Assembly: GCA_964613715.1 (NCBI GenBank)
Contig: CAZTJK010000001.1
Location: 9,990 to 73,989 of the forward strand
DNA length: 64,000 bases
DNA from: an uncultured Candidatus Saccharibacteria bacterium
GTDB lineage: Bacteria > Patescibacteriota > Minisyncoccia > Phycocordibacterales > GWA1-40-21
Direction of reading: 5' to 3'
This document shows, in pieces, positions 50,109 to 60,177 of this stretch. How positions within the stretch are numbered: the first letter of the stretch is position 1; every line of letters begins with the position of its first letter. A program made the position numbers and the translations under genes. The notes under the pieces were generated by a model. The model had not been told where the DNA came from. It saw only the letters and a list, made by a program, of their open reading frames with translations, and ran no database searches.

Positions 50109-50132
50109 TATAGGGCTTTTCAGGGCAAAAAA

Positions 50133-51041
50133 CTAGCGCAGCGGGGTCGTGGTCGAGAGCTTCTTGAGTGATTCAGTGATCAGCAGGTCGACGTCTGAAA
50201 AACGTCCGTTTTCAGTCGATCCGAGCACGGCAATGACGACCGGATGTGCAAAGCCTGCATCATAGGCGATGACGAGATTGCCGCCGGCAAGGTCCGTAAA
50301 ACCGGTTTTCGATGCGATCAGGTTTGGAATCCTGGCGATCAGCTTATCGGTATTGACCGCAATATGCTTGATGCCGCTTTCCGAGATGAATAGTGCTGCA
50401 GGTTCCGCCGTCCGCAGGACGATATCAGGATGGGCGATAAGAATATGCGCAAGCAGAAGGGCCGCATCATGTGCGGAGCTGTATGCACCGCTTACAAAAG
50501 TATCTATATCAAGCCCTGTTTCATTCACGAAAAACGTATCAGTGAGGCCGAGCTGTTTCGCCTCCGCATTCATGAGCGCGATCGTGCTTGTGGCATAGAC
50601 AGCGTTCAGTGTGCGAGCGATCGCATGCATGCCGTCATTCGACGAACTGATAAGACTGAAATTCAAGAGATCAGGCAGCTTCCATGTTTCCCCAAGAAGC
50701 AGCTTGCTGTCCCCTTCTTGTGCTAGATCTTCCCGAGTAATAGAAATGATTGTGGTGCTGGCTAACCGGTCGGATGCGACAAGCGCAGTCATAAGCTTGG
50801 TCACGGAAGCAAGCGGCAGCTGCCGATCTGCGGATCTAGCAAAAAGTGCCTGGTGGTCGGCGATATCGTATACATATAAAGACTTCGCTTGAATATGCTC
50901 GAGTATAGTCGGGTTCACACCGGTATCAAGCGCAGGAATCCGAGCAGGCTCTTCATTGATGCGCAGCAAGAAAAAAACGCATGCGCCGATCAATACATAG
51001 AACGCGATGCGTATATGCGAACGCTTCAGGACTATCGTCAT
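50133..51041 (-). CDS. D-alanyl-D-alanine carboxypeptidase (S11)
   Basis: SVTK, SSN, KTG motifs. Confidence 0.88.
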   Translation of the reverse strand: MTIVLKRSHIRIAFYVLIGACVFFLLRINEEPARIPALDTGVNPTILEHIQAKSLYVYDIADHQALFARSADRQLPLASVTKLMTALVASDRLASTTIISITREDLAQEGDSKLLLGETWKLPDLLNFSLISSSNDGMHAIARTLNAVYATSTIALMNAEAKQLGLTDTFFVNETGLDIDTFVSGAYSSAHDAALLLAHILIAHPDIVLRTAEPAALFISESGIKHIAVNTDKLIARIPNLIASKTGFTDLAGGNLVIAYDAGFAHPVVIAVLGSTENGRFSDVDLLITESLKKLSTTTPLR

Positions 51042-51045
51042 GGAT

Positions 51046-51630
51046 TTACGCAGCAGCCGTTTCAGCCTCTTCGGTCGGCTGAGCCTCAGCGACTCTCGCT
51101 ACGGCAGTCTTGTAGGATTCGATTTCCGCACGCGCTTCAGCAAATTGCGGCATCTCTTCGATCTTCGTCACGCCCATATACGAAAGCAGCTTGAAGGTCG
51201 GCTTGTAGAGGAAGCTGCGCTGATCTTTCGGATTCGGTACTTTCTCGATCAGGCCGCGGATGGCGAGATTACGTAAAATGAAATTGGACTGCACGCCACG
51301 GATATAGTCGATCTCCGCACGCGAGATCGGGCCCTGGTAAATGATGATGGAAAGCGTCTCAAGGCCTGCCTTACCGAGATCGCGCACGAGCTCTTCTTTC
51401 GTCAGCTTCTCGATAAGCTCGGATGTTTCTTTCGATGTGCTCAAAGCCACCTCGTCGTCTTTCGTGATGAGCGCGACGCCTCGGCCTGCGAGGCTTGCTT
51501 CGAGCGTGGAAAGCGCTGCGGAAATCTCCTCTTCGCTTGTGCCGAACATCTGCGCGAGCTTCTTTTTCGCCACCGGCTCACCTTTCCAGAAAAGGACCGC
51601 TTCTATCTGTTGTTCAAGATTTTTCTGCAT
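51046..51630 (-). CDS. scpB: SMC-Scp subunit ScpB
   Basis: IEAVLF, LETLSIIIYQGPISRAEIDYIRGV. Confidence 0.92.
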   Translation of the reverse strand: MQKNLEQQIEAVLFWKGEPVAKKKLAQMFGTSEEEISAALSTLEASLAGRGVALITKDDEVALSTSKETSELIEKLTKEELVRDLGKAGLETLSIIIYQGPISRAEIDYIRGVQSNFILRNLAIRGLIEKVPNPKDQRSFLYKPTFKLLSYMGVTKIEEMPQFAEARAEIESYKTAVARVAEAQPTEEAETAAA

Positions 51631-51634
51631 ATGA

Positions 51635-52366
51635 TTATGAATAGCTCGGCACGCCCACGGATTTCGTTTCCATGTGTATGTCAGCAAATTTCTCTTCCTG
51701 ATTGACCTCTATTATACCCTGCTTTACGAGCTCGAGCATGGCCAAAAATGAGACAATGATATTCACCTTTTCAGCCTTGCCCATGCCGGCGAAATCCTTG
51801 AAGCTCATCTTCATCGAGCTTTTGACCCGCTCCGTGAGGTGAGTAATCATCTCTTCGAGCGAAATCGTTTTTGCAACCTTTACCTTCGGCTTCAGATCAA
51901 GCTTCGGCAAGTTTTGAATGACCGTAAAGATGGCGCTCGCGATGTTTTCCTTCGTCATCGAGGCGTCCGGCGAGAATACCGGCTCGGCTTTGCGGGCATT
52001 CGGGAAAAAGAGGATGCGCGCGCCGAAAGCACTTTTCACGCCAAGGGATAGCTCTTTGATCTTCTTATAGATCTTCAGCTTGAGCTCAAGATCATAGATA
52101 TCGCTCTTCTCTTCCTCAGAAAGATCGAGTGTCGGCAAGAGGGACTTGGACTTGATAAGCAAGAGTGTCGCCGCGATGACGAGGAATTCCGAAGTATCCT
52201 TGATCGAATATGCTTCCCTATTTTGAATATGGGAAATAAAATCATCCGTCACCTTCGCAAGCGAGATATCATTGATCAGAAGCTTGCGCTTCTCGATAAG
52301 CGAGAGTAGCAAGTCGAGCGGCCCTTGGAATACTTCAGTTTTGATTTGAAATTGATTATCGGTCAT
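51635..52366 (-). CDS. scpA: SMC-Scp kleisin ScpA
   Basis: FQGPLDLLLSLI, IKSKSLLP, FLAMLELVK. Confidence 0.93.
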   Translation of the reverse strand: MTDNQFQIKTEVFQGPLDLLLSLIEKRKLLINDISLAKVTDDFISHIQNREAYSIKDTSEFLVIAATLLLIKSKSLLPTLDLSEEEKSDIYDLELKLKIYKKIKELSLGVKSAFGARILFFPNARKAEPVFSPDASMTKENIASAIFTVIQNLPKLDLKPKVKVAKTISLEEMITHLTERVKSSMKMSFKDFAGMGKAEKVNIIVSFLAMLELVKQGIIEVNQEEKFADIHMETKSVGVPSYS

Positions 52367-52892
52367 TGCGGAGTTTGCCATAATAATACTCGTCGATCAT
52401 TTTACCATCTTTAAAGTAAGCTTTACGGAAAAGACCTTCCTGTGTAAAGCCATTCTTTTCTAATATCCGCTTTGAAGCTGTATTCCGAAGAAATACATGG
52501 GCAATCAGTTTTTCAGCCTTATGGACCTTAAATAAATAACGTGTAAAAAGCTTCACTGCTTCTGTCGTAATTCCTTTATTCCAAAATCTTTCACCGAGAA
52601 AATAACCGAATGTTACTTGGCGATGATCCCCTATTCTTGCTCCCATATTCCCGACAGCGAGACCATTGACATCGATAACAAATTTGATAGGAAATTTTTC
52701 TTTTTTATTTTCACGCAAACGTTCAGTAACAAATCTTTTTCCATCTTTCAATGTATACGGATAATGCCAATGATTTCCAAGATTCTTTATAACCTTTTTG
52801 TTATTTACATTTTTAGTCAAGGAAACTTCATCCCCTTTCCGGTATGGGCGTAAAATAAATCCTGTTCCTTTGAGGATGATCTCCTTTTTCAT
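52356..52892 (-). CDS. GNAT acetyltransferase (RimJ/RimL-like), AT-rich
   Basis: GYFLGERFWNKGITTEA, NTASKRILEKNGF..EG. Confidence 0.85.
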   Translation of the reverse strand: MKKEIILKGTGFILRPYRKGDEVSLTKNVNNKKVIKNLGNHWHYPYTLKDGKRFVTERLRENKKEKFPIKFVIDVNGLAVGNMGARIGDHRQVTFGYFLGERFWNKGITTEAVKLFTRYLFKVHKAEKLIAHVFLRNTASKRILEKNGFTQEGLFRKAYFKDGKMIDEYYYGKLRNDR

Positions 52893-53278
52893 TGCTCGAT
52901 AAGCATTTTCGCTATCCTTTCCAGTTCCCCATCGAGAGCCGGCCGGGCATCGAGTGGATTGAGCTCCGCGCCATGGTTGATCGGCACGAGATGCACATGC
53001 ACATGCGCGACGCCGAACCCTTCGACCGCCATTCCCACGCGCTTCGGTGCAAGCTTCGCCTTGAGCTTCTTCGCGATCGCTTTCGATTTCAAAAGGAGCG
53101 TCTCGTATTCGCCATCAGACAGGTCGAAAATATAATCCGTATGCTTCTTCGGGATGACGAGCGTGTGGCCCGGCTTTATCGGCTGATTGTCGAGGAAGGC
53201 GAAATGCGTCTCGTTCTCCCAGATCTTTGCGCTCGGCACTTGCCCGCTCGATATCTTGCAAAAGATGCAGTCCGGCAT
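52889..53278 (-). CDS. HIT family hydrolase
   Basis: CIFC, GHTLVIPK, HVHVH. Confidence 0.92.
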   Translation of the reverse strand: MPDCIFCKISSGQVPSAKIWENETHFAFLDNQPIKPGHTLVIPKKHTDYIFDLSDGEYETLLLKSKAIAKKLKAKLAPKRVGMAVEGFGVAHVHVHLVPINHGAELNPLDARPALDGELERIAKMLIEQ

Positions 53279-53279
53279 G

Positions 53280-54677
53280 TTATTTCTTCTTTTTGATTTC
53301 GATCTGCAGATCGCGCAGCTGCTCGGCAGATACCGGGCCCGGCGCGCCGATCATCAGATCCTTGCCCTCGCCCGTCTTGGCGAAGGCGATCACCTCGCGG
53401 ATATTCGGCTCATTCTCGAGGATCATGATGAGCCTGTCGAGGCCCCAAGCGATGCCGCCGTGCGGCGGGGTGCCCGTCGCGAGCGCTTTGAGCATATGGC
53501 CGTACTGCGCCTCGATTTTCTCTTCCGAGAAGCCCATAATCTCGAGCGTCTTGCGAAGCGCCTCCGGCCGGTGATTGCGAACGCTGCCGCCGCCGATCTC
53601 GTTGCCGTTGAGCGTCAGGTCGTACTGCGCAGCCATGATGCCCTCGATATTCTTCTTGGCCATGAGGTCATCGAATGATTCGGGCTTCGTGCCAGAAAAT
53701 GGATTATGCGTGAAGGTCCACTTGCCATCGTCTCCTTTCTCGAACATCGGAAAATCGACGACCCAGGCGAATGCGAGCAGATTCTCATCATCCTTGTCTG
53801 TGCGGATATCCGGCTTGTCAGAGCCATACTTCGCCATCGCTTCGGCATACGGGATGCGCGGGAACGGAATGGCTTGGATCTTCTTATGCGGATAGAGCTT
53901 CGTCACGAGCTCGATCATGGCTTTCTCGTTGACCTGCATCACGTCGTCCTCCGTCGCGAAGCTCATTTCGAGATCCATCTGCGTGAACTCCGGCTGGCGG
54001 TCGCCACGGCTGTCCTCGTCGCGGAAGCAGCGAGCAAACTGGAAATATTTCTCGAAACCCGCGGCCATGAGAAGCTGCTTGTACTGCTGCGGAGACTGCG
54101 GCAAGGCATAAAAATTGCCCGGCTCGAGGCGCGACGGCACGATGAAGTCGCGCGATCCTTCCGCGGTCGCGTTCGTCAGATTTGGCGTCTCAATCTCGGT
54201 AAAGCCCTCCTCAGCAAGCAGTCTGCGCACAAGCGTCATCACCTTGCCGCGATTCCTGATATTCTTCTGCAGGCGCGGACGGCGCAAATCGAGATAGCGA
54301 TGTGTCAGGCGCGCATCCTCGCCGATATCCTTGCCATCGCCGCGCACGTCGATAGCTGGCGTCACCGCTTCATTGAGCACCGTTACACCAAGCATCTCGA
54401 TTTCTACCGCGCCATTCGCCTCATCCTTGTTTACCATCCTTTCCGGGCGAGCATTCACTTTACCGGTCACTTCGATCACCCATTCCGGGCGAACAGTGTT
54501 CGCAAGCGCATGGGCCTCTTTGTGATTCGGCAATGCGACCATCTGTACCTTGCCCGACATGTCGCGCAGGTCGATGAAAATGAGCTTGCCATGGTCGCGG
54601 CGCACGTCCACCCAGCCGGCAATTTTCACCTCCTGTCCTACTTTGCTATTGAGTTCCCCGATATATGTTCTTTGCAT
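53280..54677 (-). CDS. aspS: aspartate--tRNA ligase (lacking GAD insertion)
   Basis: RRDHGKLIFIDLRD, ALPQSPQ, CFRDED, PPHGGIAWGLDR. Confidence 0.95.
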   Translation of the reverse strand: MQRTYIGELNSKVGQEVKIAGWVDVRRDHGKLIFIDLRDMSGKVQMVALPNHKEAHALANTVRPEWVIEVTGKVNARPERMVNKDEANGAVEIEMLGVTVLNEAVTPAIDVRGDGKDIGEDARLTHRYLDLRRPRLQKNIRNRGKVMTLVRRLLAEEGFTEIETPNLTNATAEGSRDFIVPSRLEPGNFYALPQSPQQYKQLLMAAGFEKYFQFARCFRDEDSRGDRQPEFTQMDLEMSFATEDDVMQVNEKAMIELVTKLYPHKKIQAIPFPRIPYAEAMAKYGSDKPDIRTDKDDENLLAFAWVVDFPMFEKGDDGKWTFTHNPFSGTKPESFDDLMAKKNIEGIMAAQYDLTLNGNEIGGGSVRNHRPEALRKTLEIMGFSEEKIEAQYGHMLKALATGTPPHGGIAWGLDRLIMILENEPNIREVIAFAKTGEGKDLMIGAPGPVSAEQLRDLQIEIKKKK

Positions 54678-54683
54678 AAAAAA

Positions 54684-55670
54684 TTAATATATTTCCAGTC
54701 CTACTTTCTCCCGCACTTCTTTCATCTTCTTCTCCGCATGGGCGGCGGCGCGCTTGCCGCCTTCTTTGAGGATATCGAAGACATGCTCCATATCCTTGGC
54801 GAGCATTTCGCGCTTTTCGCGGAGTGGGCTGATGAATGCGGTCAAGTCTTTGATAAGCAGCTCTTTGGCTTCCTTGTAGCCCATGCCGCCTTTCTCATAT
54901 TTCTGGCGGAGTGACTTTGCCGCTGATTCAGCGAGAAACAGCTTGTGAATAGAGAAAAGCACTGACTCGTCAGGATTTTTCGGCTCATCGACACCTTTTG
55001 AATCCGTCGGAATACTCATCACGGCCTTCTTTATCTCGGCATCGGTCGCAAAAAGAGGAATGACATTGTTATAGCTTTTCGACATTTTCTTGCCATCCGT
55101 GCCCGGCACCGTCTCGACATGCGAGAGGATAAGCGGTTCCGGCATTTTGAATGTCTCGCCATATTTATTATTGAATTTCTGTGCAGTATCGCGGGCGTAT
55201 TCGACATGCTGCTTCTGATCCTGCCCTACTGGCACGATGTCAGCATCTTGAATAAGAATATCCGCCGCCATGAGCATCGGATAATTGAAGAGTCCTACAT
55301 TCGGCTCTTGGTGCTTGGCAATCGCGTCTTTGTAGGCATGCGCGCGCTCAAGATACGGCACTGTCGTAAGACAGTCAAACATCCAGGTAAGTTCGGCCAC
55401 TTGCGGCACGTCGGACTGCTTGAAGAGCGTCACTTTCTTCGGGTCAAGGCCGACGGCAAGATAATCGAGTGCGATATCGATGATATTCTGCTTGAGCTCC
55501 GCGCCGTTCTGCACCGTTGTCATCGCATGATAGTCGGCGATGAATATATAGCAGTCATACTTATCTTGCAGGTCGACGAATTGCTTCATCGCGCCGAAAT
55601 AGTTGCCGATATGGAGGCGTCCGGTCGGCTTCACGCCGGAAAGGAGTATCTTCTTCGATTCTTTTGTCAT
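54684..55670 (-). CDS. trpS: tryptophan--tRNA ligase
   Basis: HIGNY, YPMLMAADI, VPVGQDQ, KMSKS. Confidence 0.96.
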   Translation of the reverse strand: MTKESKKILLSGVKPTGRLHIGNYFGAMKQFVDLQDKYDCYIFIADYHAMTTVQNGAELKQNIIDIALDYLAVGLDPKKVTLFKQSDVPQVAELTWMFDCLTTVPYLERAHAYKDAIAKHQEPNVGLFNYPMLMAADILIQDADIVPVGQDQKQHVEYARDTAQKFNNKYGETFKMPEPLILSHVETVPGTDGKKMSKSYNNVIPLFATDAEIKKAVMSIPTDSKGVDEPKNPDESVLFSIHKLFLAESAAKSLRQKYEKGGMGYKEAKELLIKDLTAFISPLREKREMLAKDMEHVFDILKEGGKRAAAHAEKKMKEVREKVGLEIY

Positions 55671-55803
55671 GAACTGATGATAGCAAAATAAGCCTGTTTT
55701 TCAAAGCAATACAGCATATTTATTGACAAAAATATATTTCGTGTTACCTTATGAAATGGCAGTAGAGGGATAATTTATCTCTCATGTAAATTAAGGAGGT
55801 TCT

Positions 55804-56091
55804 ATGATAGGACAATTCACTGCATACGTACAAAGAAATAAATTGGGGACTCTGGCCTTAACGCTCTGCTTGAGCTATATGTTCCTGGGACTGCCGGCAC
55901 AGATCATACAAATCTGGCAGACCCATGATGTGAAAAGTATCTCGGGCATTATGTTTTCCCTGCTCACTGCCCAATCGATCGGATGGGTCGCGTACGGAAT
56001 ACAGAAGAAAGATTGGTTCGTAACCATTCCCAATATTTTTGGGACATTGTTCATTGGAACCATCGTGGTGGAATGGCTGATGTTCCGGTAA
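55804..56091 (+). CDS. PQ-loop/SemiSWEET-like small transporter
   Basis: three TM, LPAQIIQIWQTHDVKSIS, W..YG, PN; AAGGAGG SD. Confidence 0.75.
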   Translation: MIGQFTAYVQRNKLGTLALTLCLSYMFLGLPAQIIQIWQTHDVKSISGIMFSLLTAQSIGWVAYGIQKKDWFVTIPNIFGTLFIGTIVVEWLMFR

Positions 56092-56102
56092 TATGCGCAT
56101 GC

Positions 56103-56131
56103 AAAAACGCGACTCAATGAGTCGCGTTTTT
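56103..56131. terminator. bidirectional terminator
   Basis: AAAAACGCGACTCA-A-TGAGTCGCGTTTTT. Confidence 0.8.
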
Positions 56132-56999
56132 ATATTCCCTCCCTCTTCAATTCTTCGAATGCTTTTCTGGCTTGCTTCGAAAGCTTTGCCGGCATTCTGA
56201 TGCCGATCTGTACGAGCAAGTCTCCCCGTTTTCCATTGCCATACGGGATACCTTTACCTTTCACGCGCAAAGTCTCGCCGAAGCCCGTGCCTTCTGGCAC
56301 TACGAGCTCGATGTCGCCATCAAGCGTCTTCACATGATAGCTCGCGCCAAGGAGCGCATCAGTAAGCCGTACGGAAAGCTCGGTCACGAGATCCTTGCCA
56401 TCTTTCCGAAAGAGCGGATCAGGTCTGACATGCAAGCGGATATGCAGGTCGCCGCTCGCGCTGCCAGGAAGCTCTTCGCCGGCATTCGGCAAGCGGAGCG
56501 TCTGTCCATCGTCGACATCCACGGGAATCGTCACGGTAAAACGCTGTTCTTTCATCTTGCCGCCGACATTCTTGCTGAAGCGTATCTCTTTCTGCGCGCC
56601 GAATACCGATTCAGAAAAAGAGAGCTCGAGATCAATGGCAATATTGCGCCCGCGGCGCATGCGGCCACCGAAGATATCGCCAAATATGTCGCCGAGATCG
56701 AAATCGAAATTCTGCCCGCCGCCAAAGCCGGAGAAATCGAATCCGAAATCCTGCGCATTGAAGCCGCCCTGCGAGCCACCGGAAAAGCCAGAGCCTGCCG
56801 AGCCGAACTGGTCGTATTGGGCGCGCTTCTTTTCATCCGAGAGCACGCTGTACGCCTCGCTCACCTCCTTGAACTTGTCAGCATTGCCACCTTTGTCCGG
56901 GTGATGCTCATGCGCAAGCTTTCTGAACGACTTTTTGATATCGTCCGCGGATGCATTTTTCTCGACGCCGAGAATCTTGTAATAATCCTTGCCTGCCAT
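56130..56999 (-). CDS. dnaJ: DnaJ-class chaperone without zinc finger
   Basis: J domain with HPD, G/F region, C-terminal domains; no CxxCxGxG repeats. Confidence 0.88.
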   Translation of the reverse strand: MAGKDYYKILGVEKNASADDIKKSFRKLAHEHHPDKGGNADKFKEVSEAYSVLSDEKKRAQYDQFGSAGSGFSGGSQGGFNAQDFGFDFSGFGGGQNFDFDLGDIFGDIFGGRMRRGRNIAIDLELSFSESVFGAQKEIRFSKNVGGKMKEQRFTVTIPVDVDDGQTLRLPNAGEELPGSASGDLHIRLHVRPDPLFRKDGKDLVTELSVRLTDALLGASYHVKTLDGDIELVVPEGTGFGETLRVKGKGIPYGNGKRGDLLVQIGIRMPAKLSKQARKAFEELKREGI

Positions 57000-57017
57000 G
57001 TGAAGAGTCAGGAGCGA

Positions 57018-58895
57018 TTATTTGCCGGTTTCCTTATACTCTGCGTCCTTTACATTGCCTTTGTCATCGCCTGGCTGCGGACCTTGCTGCGGTGCAGCCT
57101 TTGCCATTGCCTCGCCGATTTTCTGCATTTCGGCAGAGAGCGCTTCCGTCGCTGTCTTGATTGCGGCTACATCGCTCGCAGCATTTGCTGTCTTCGCTGC
57201 GGCAATCTTGTCTTCAACTCCCTTGGCAATATCAGCCGATACCTTGTCTTTGTTTTCTTTAAGAGCTTTTTCCGCGCTGTAGATGAGCTGCTCCGCGATA
57301 TTCTTCGCTTCGATCTCTTCGCGCTTCTTCTTGTCTTCTTCCGCATTCATTTCAGCATCTTTTTTCATCTTCTCGATATCTTCTTTCTTAAGGCCAGACG
57401 ATGCTTCAATGCGAATAGACTGTTCTTTACCGCTTGTCTTATCCTTCGCTTTGACGTTCAGGATGCCATTTGCATCGATGTCAAAAGTGACTTCGACTTG
57501 CGGAAGCCCTCGCGGCGCTGGCGGTATGCCATCGAGAATGAATTTGCCCAAGCTTTTGTTGTCTTTTGCCATTGGCCGCTCACCCTGCACGATATGGATT
57601 TCTACCGAGGTCTGATTATCTGCAGCGGTCGAGAATACCTGGCTGCGGGACGTCGGAATGGTCGTATTCTTTTCCACAAGATGCGTTGCGACGCCGCCCA
57701 TGGTTTCGATGCCCATCGAAAGCGGAATGACATCAAGCAAAAGCACATCCTTGACGTCTCCGCGCAAGATGCCACCCTGTACTGCCGCGCCGAGCGCTAC
57801 TACTTCGTCGGGATTTACCGAGAGATTCGGCTCTTTACCGAACAGATTCTTTACTGCTGCGATAATAGCCGGCATTCTCGTCTGTCCACCGACCATGATG
57901 ACTTCATTGATGTCAGCGATCTTGAATGGCGATGCGGCAATTGCGCGCTTTGCGATCTCGATCGAGCGGTCGATGAATTCCTTGACGAGATTCTCGAGCG
58001 TCGCGCGAGACAGCTTCATAAGCAAATGCTTCGGCCCTGAAGCGTCTGAAGTGACGAACGGGATATTGATTTCCGTCTCAAGCGCAGTCGAAAGCTCAAT
58101 CTTCGCCTTTTCCGCAGCTTCATCGAGTCGCTGGAGCGACAATGCATCCTTGCGCAGATCGATGCCGTTTTCCTTCATGAATCCGTCGGCCATCCAATCC
58201 ACGATTTTCTTGTCGATATCCCGGCCGCCAAGGTGGCTATCGCCATCCGTCGAGCGCACTTCCACGACTGCGTCCCCGATCTCGAGGATAGACACATCAA
58301 ACGTACCACCACCGAAGTCGTACACGGCAATTTTTTCATTCTTATTCTTGTTCAAGCCATAGGCAAGTGCTGCTGCCGTCGGCTCATTGATGATACGAAG
58401 GACATTGAGTCCCGCAATCTGCCCGGCATCTTTCGTGGCCTGGCGCTGCGAGTCGTTGAAGTATGCCGGCACGGTGATCACCGCATCGGTAATCTTCTCG
58501 CCGAGGCGCACTTCAGCGTCATTCTTCATCTTCTGCAATATCATCGCGGACACTTCTTCCGGGCGATAATTCTTGCCGCCCATGGCTACTTCTACGCCGC
58601 CATTTGCAGATTTGAGCACGTCGAACGAGACAGAACCTTTATCCTTCTGTACGCCCGGATCATCATACTGATGGCCCATGAAGCGCTTCACCTGGAAGAT
58701 CGTGTTCTTCGGATTCGTGACCGCTTGCCTGCGGGCAAGGAGGCCGACGAGACGCTCGCCGGTCTTCGTCGTGGCGACGATAGACGGCGTGGTGCGGGCG
58801 CCTTCTGCATTCTCAATAATTTTCGGCGCATTCCCTTCCATGACGGACATTGCCGAGAAGGTGGTACCGAGATCGATTCCTAATATCTTTGACAT
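57018..58895 (-). CDS. dnaK: chaperone DnaK
   Basis: [23 protein letters not shown]. Confidence 0.98.
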   Translation of the reverse strand: MSKILGIDLGTTFSAMSVMEGNAPKIIENAEGARTTPSIVATTKTGERLVGLLARRQAVTNPKNTIFQVKRFMGHQYDDPGVQKDKGSVSFDVLKSANGGVEVAMGGKNYRPEEVSAMILQKMKNDAEVRLGEKITDAVITVPAYFNDSQRQATKDAGQIAGLNVLRIINEPTAAALAYGLNKNKNEKIAVYDFGGGTFDVSILEIGDAVVEVRSTDGDSHLGGRDIDKKIVDWMADGFMKENGIDLRKDALSLQRLDEAAEKAKIELSTALETEINIPFVTSDASGPKHLLMKLSRATLENLVKEFIDRSIEIAKRAIAASPFKIADINEVIMVGGQTRMPAIIAAVKNLFGKEPNLSVNPDEVVALGAAVQGGILRGDVKDVLLLDVIPLSMGIETMGGVATHLVEKNTTIPTSRSQVFSTAADNQTSVEIHIVQGERPMAKDNKSLGKFILDGIPPAPRGLPQVEVTFDIDANGILNVKAKDKTSGKEQSIRIEASSGLKKEDIEKMKKDAEMNAEEDKKKREEIEAKNIAEQLIYSAEKALKENKDKVSADIAKGVEDKIAAAKTANAASDVAAIKTATEALSAEMQKIGEAMAKAAPQQGPQPGDDKGNVKDAEYKETGK

Positions 58896-58962
58896 AATTT
58901 TTACAAATGAAAATTAAAGTACGTGATAATACCTGCGAATGCCAAAGAATATCTTTGGCGAT

Positions 58963-59265
58963 TTATGCAAATGACGGCGCGCGGGATGGTTGCGAAACAA
59001 TAAATGAGAAATCCTTCACGAGTGCGGACACATAGGAGAAGAATGGACTCGCGATCGGCGCGATATGCTCGGAGACAGAAAATACCGGCAGCGCGACAAT
59101 CGATTCTTGTGCTGGAACGCCTGATTCAATACGTTCACCATAGACCGCCTTAGCAACCATGCGGCCATTTACTTCGACAAGCTCGAATACGACAAGAGCA
59201 AGAGACCCGTCCGGCAATCGGACCGCCTTTTTGAAGAATGTATTCTGCTTTCGGAGGGTTAACAT
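58963..59265 (-). CDS. hypothetical 100-aa protein; candidate dnaK leader/arrest peptide
   Basis: own TTGAAA-16-TATAAT promoter 7 nt upstream of ATG 59265; C-terminus QPSRAPSFA. Confidence 0.65.
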   Translation of the reverse strand: MLTLRKQNTFFKKAVRLPDGSLALVVFELVEVNGRMVAKAVYGERIESGVPAQESIVALPVFSVSEHIAPIASPFFSYVSALVKDFSFIVSQPSRAPSFA

Positions 59266-59301
59266 AGTCATAATTATAATAGAAGCAAAAATGATTTCAA
59301 G

Positions 59302-59850
59302 TTATGCTTTTGTATATTCTGCCACAACAACCTTCGGCGCAACGATCACCCGGCCGGCAAGCATATATCCTTTCTTTTTCACTGCAACGATTTTTCCATC
59401 TTCGGATTCCTTGTTAGTCGCGATATGTTCATCGGCCACATGAAATTTCGGATCAAATACTTCGCCCACTGGGTTCATTTCCGCAAAGCCGTTTTCCGAA
59501 AGAATCTTCACAAGCTGCGAGTGTATATACTCGACGCCGATGCGCCAATTCTTGTCTACCTTTTCCCATGCTTCCTTGTTGGCAAATGCCATCTCAAATG
59601 AGTCGAGTACCGGCAAGAGCTCGCCAAGCAGGTTCTCATTGGCATACTTCACCACTTCGAGCTTTTCGCTTTCCATGCGCTTCTTATAGTTTGCAAAGTC
59701 AGCGCGTTCACGCTGCCAACCGGCAAGATTTTCCTGCTTTTCCTGCTCAAGGAGCTTCACTTTTTCTCGAAGCTTCTTCACCAGCTCTTCGGAATTAACA
59801 GTTTCTTCCTCTGTGACAATATCGTCTGTTGTGGTCTCTTTCGGATCCAT
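59302..59850 (-). CDS. grpE: nucleotide exchange factor GrpE
   Basis: RERADFANYKKR, LLPVLDSF, FDPKFH, KGY. Confidence 0.95.
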   Translation of the reverse strand: MDPKETTTDDIVTEEETVNSEELVKKLREKVKLLEQEKQENLAGWQRERADFANYKKRMESEKLEVVKYANENLLGELLPVLDSFEMAFANKEAWEKVDKNWRIGVEYIHSQLVKILSENGFAEMNPVGEVFDPKFHVADEHIATNKESEDGKIVAVKKKGYMLAGRVIVAPKVVVAEYTKA

Positions 59851-59978
59851 ATTTCAGCCTTATTTTAAGCCATTATAACAGATTTTGATAAAAAAGCAAG
59901 AAAAGTACTTGACAAAAATAATATAGTATGTTAAATTTTAAGCAGTTCAGCGGTACTCTATCAAGAAAGGAAAAGGCA

Positions 59979-60095
59979 ATGGACGAAACGTTGACCTTAA
60001 TTGAGAAAGCTGCCCAAGGGGACGACCTCGCTCTCATTGCGCTCGGAATGGAAAAGCCGAACGTCAGTGAGTCTAAGGAAACAACCCCTGGGTGA
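59979..60095 (+). CDS. putative 38-aa peptide MDETLTLIEKAAQGDDLALIALGMEKPNVSESKETTPG
   Basis: TTGACA-17-TAAATT promoter (59909-59937), AAAGGA SD, terminator 60101-60129. Confidence 0.55.
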   Translation: MDETLTLIEKAAQGDDLALIALGMEKPNVSESKETTPG

Positions 60096-60143
60096 AAACG
60101 AACCGCATCCCTGCAAGGAGCGGTTTTTTGTTTGCTAAAAAAT

Positions 60144-60172
60144 AAAAACATCCGCTTTTGGCGGGTGTTTTT
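60144..60172 (-). terminator. terminator of the ribosomal operon
   Basis: AAAAACACCCGC-CAAAA-GCGGATGTTTTT on the - strand. Confidence 0.75.
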
Positions 60173-60177
60173 CGTAT

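Noticed and set aside
56172-58040. 622-aa + strand ORF opposite dnaK/dnaJ
   Set aside because: Well-known antisense-to-dnaK shadow frame with no independent expression signals.
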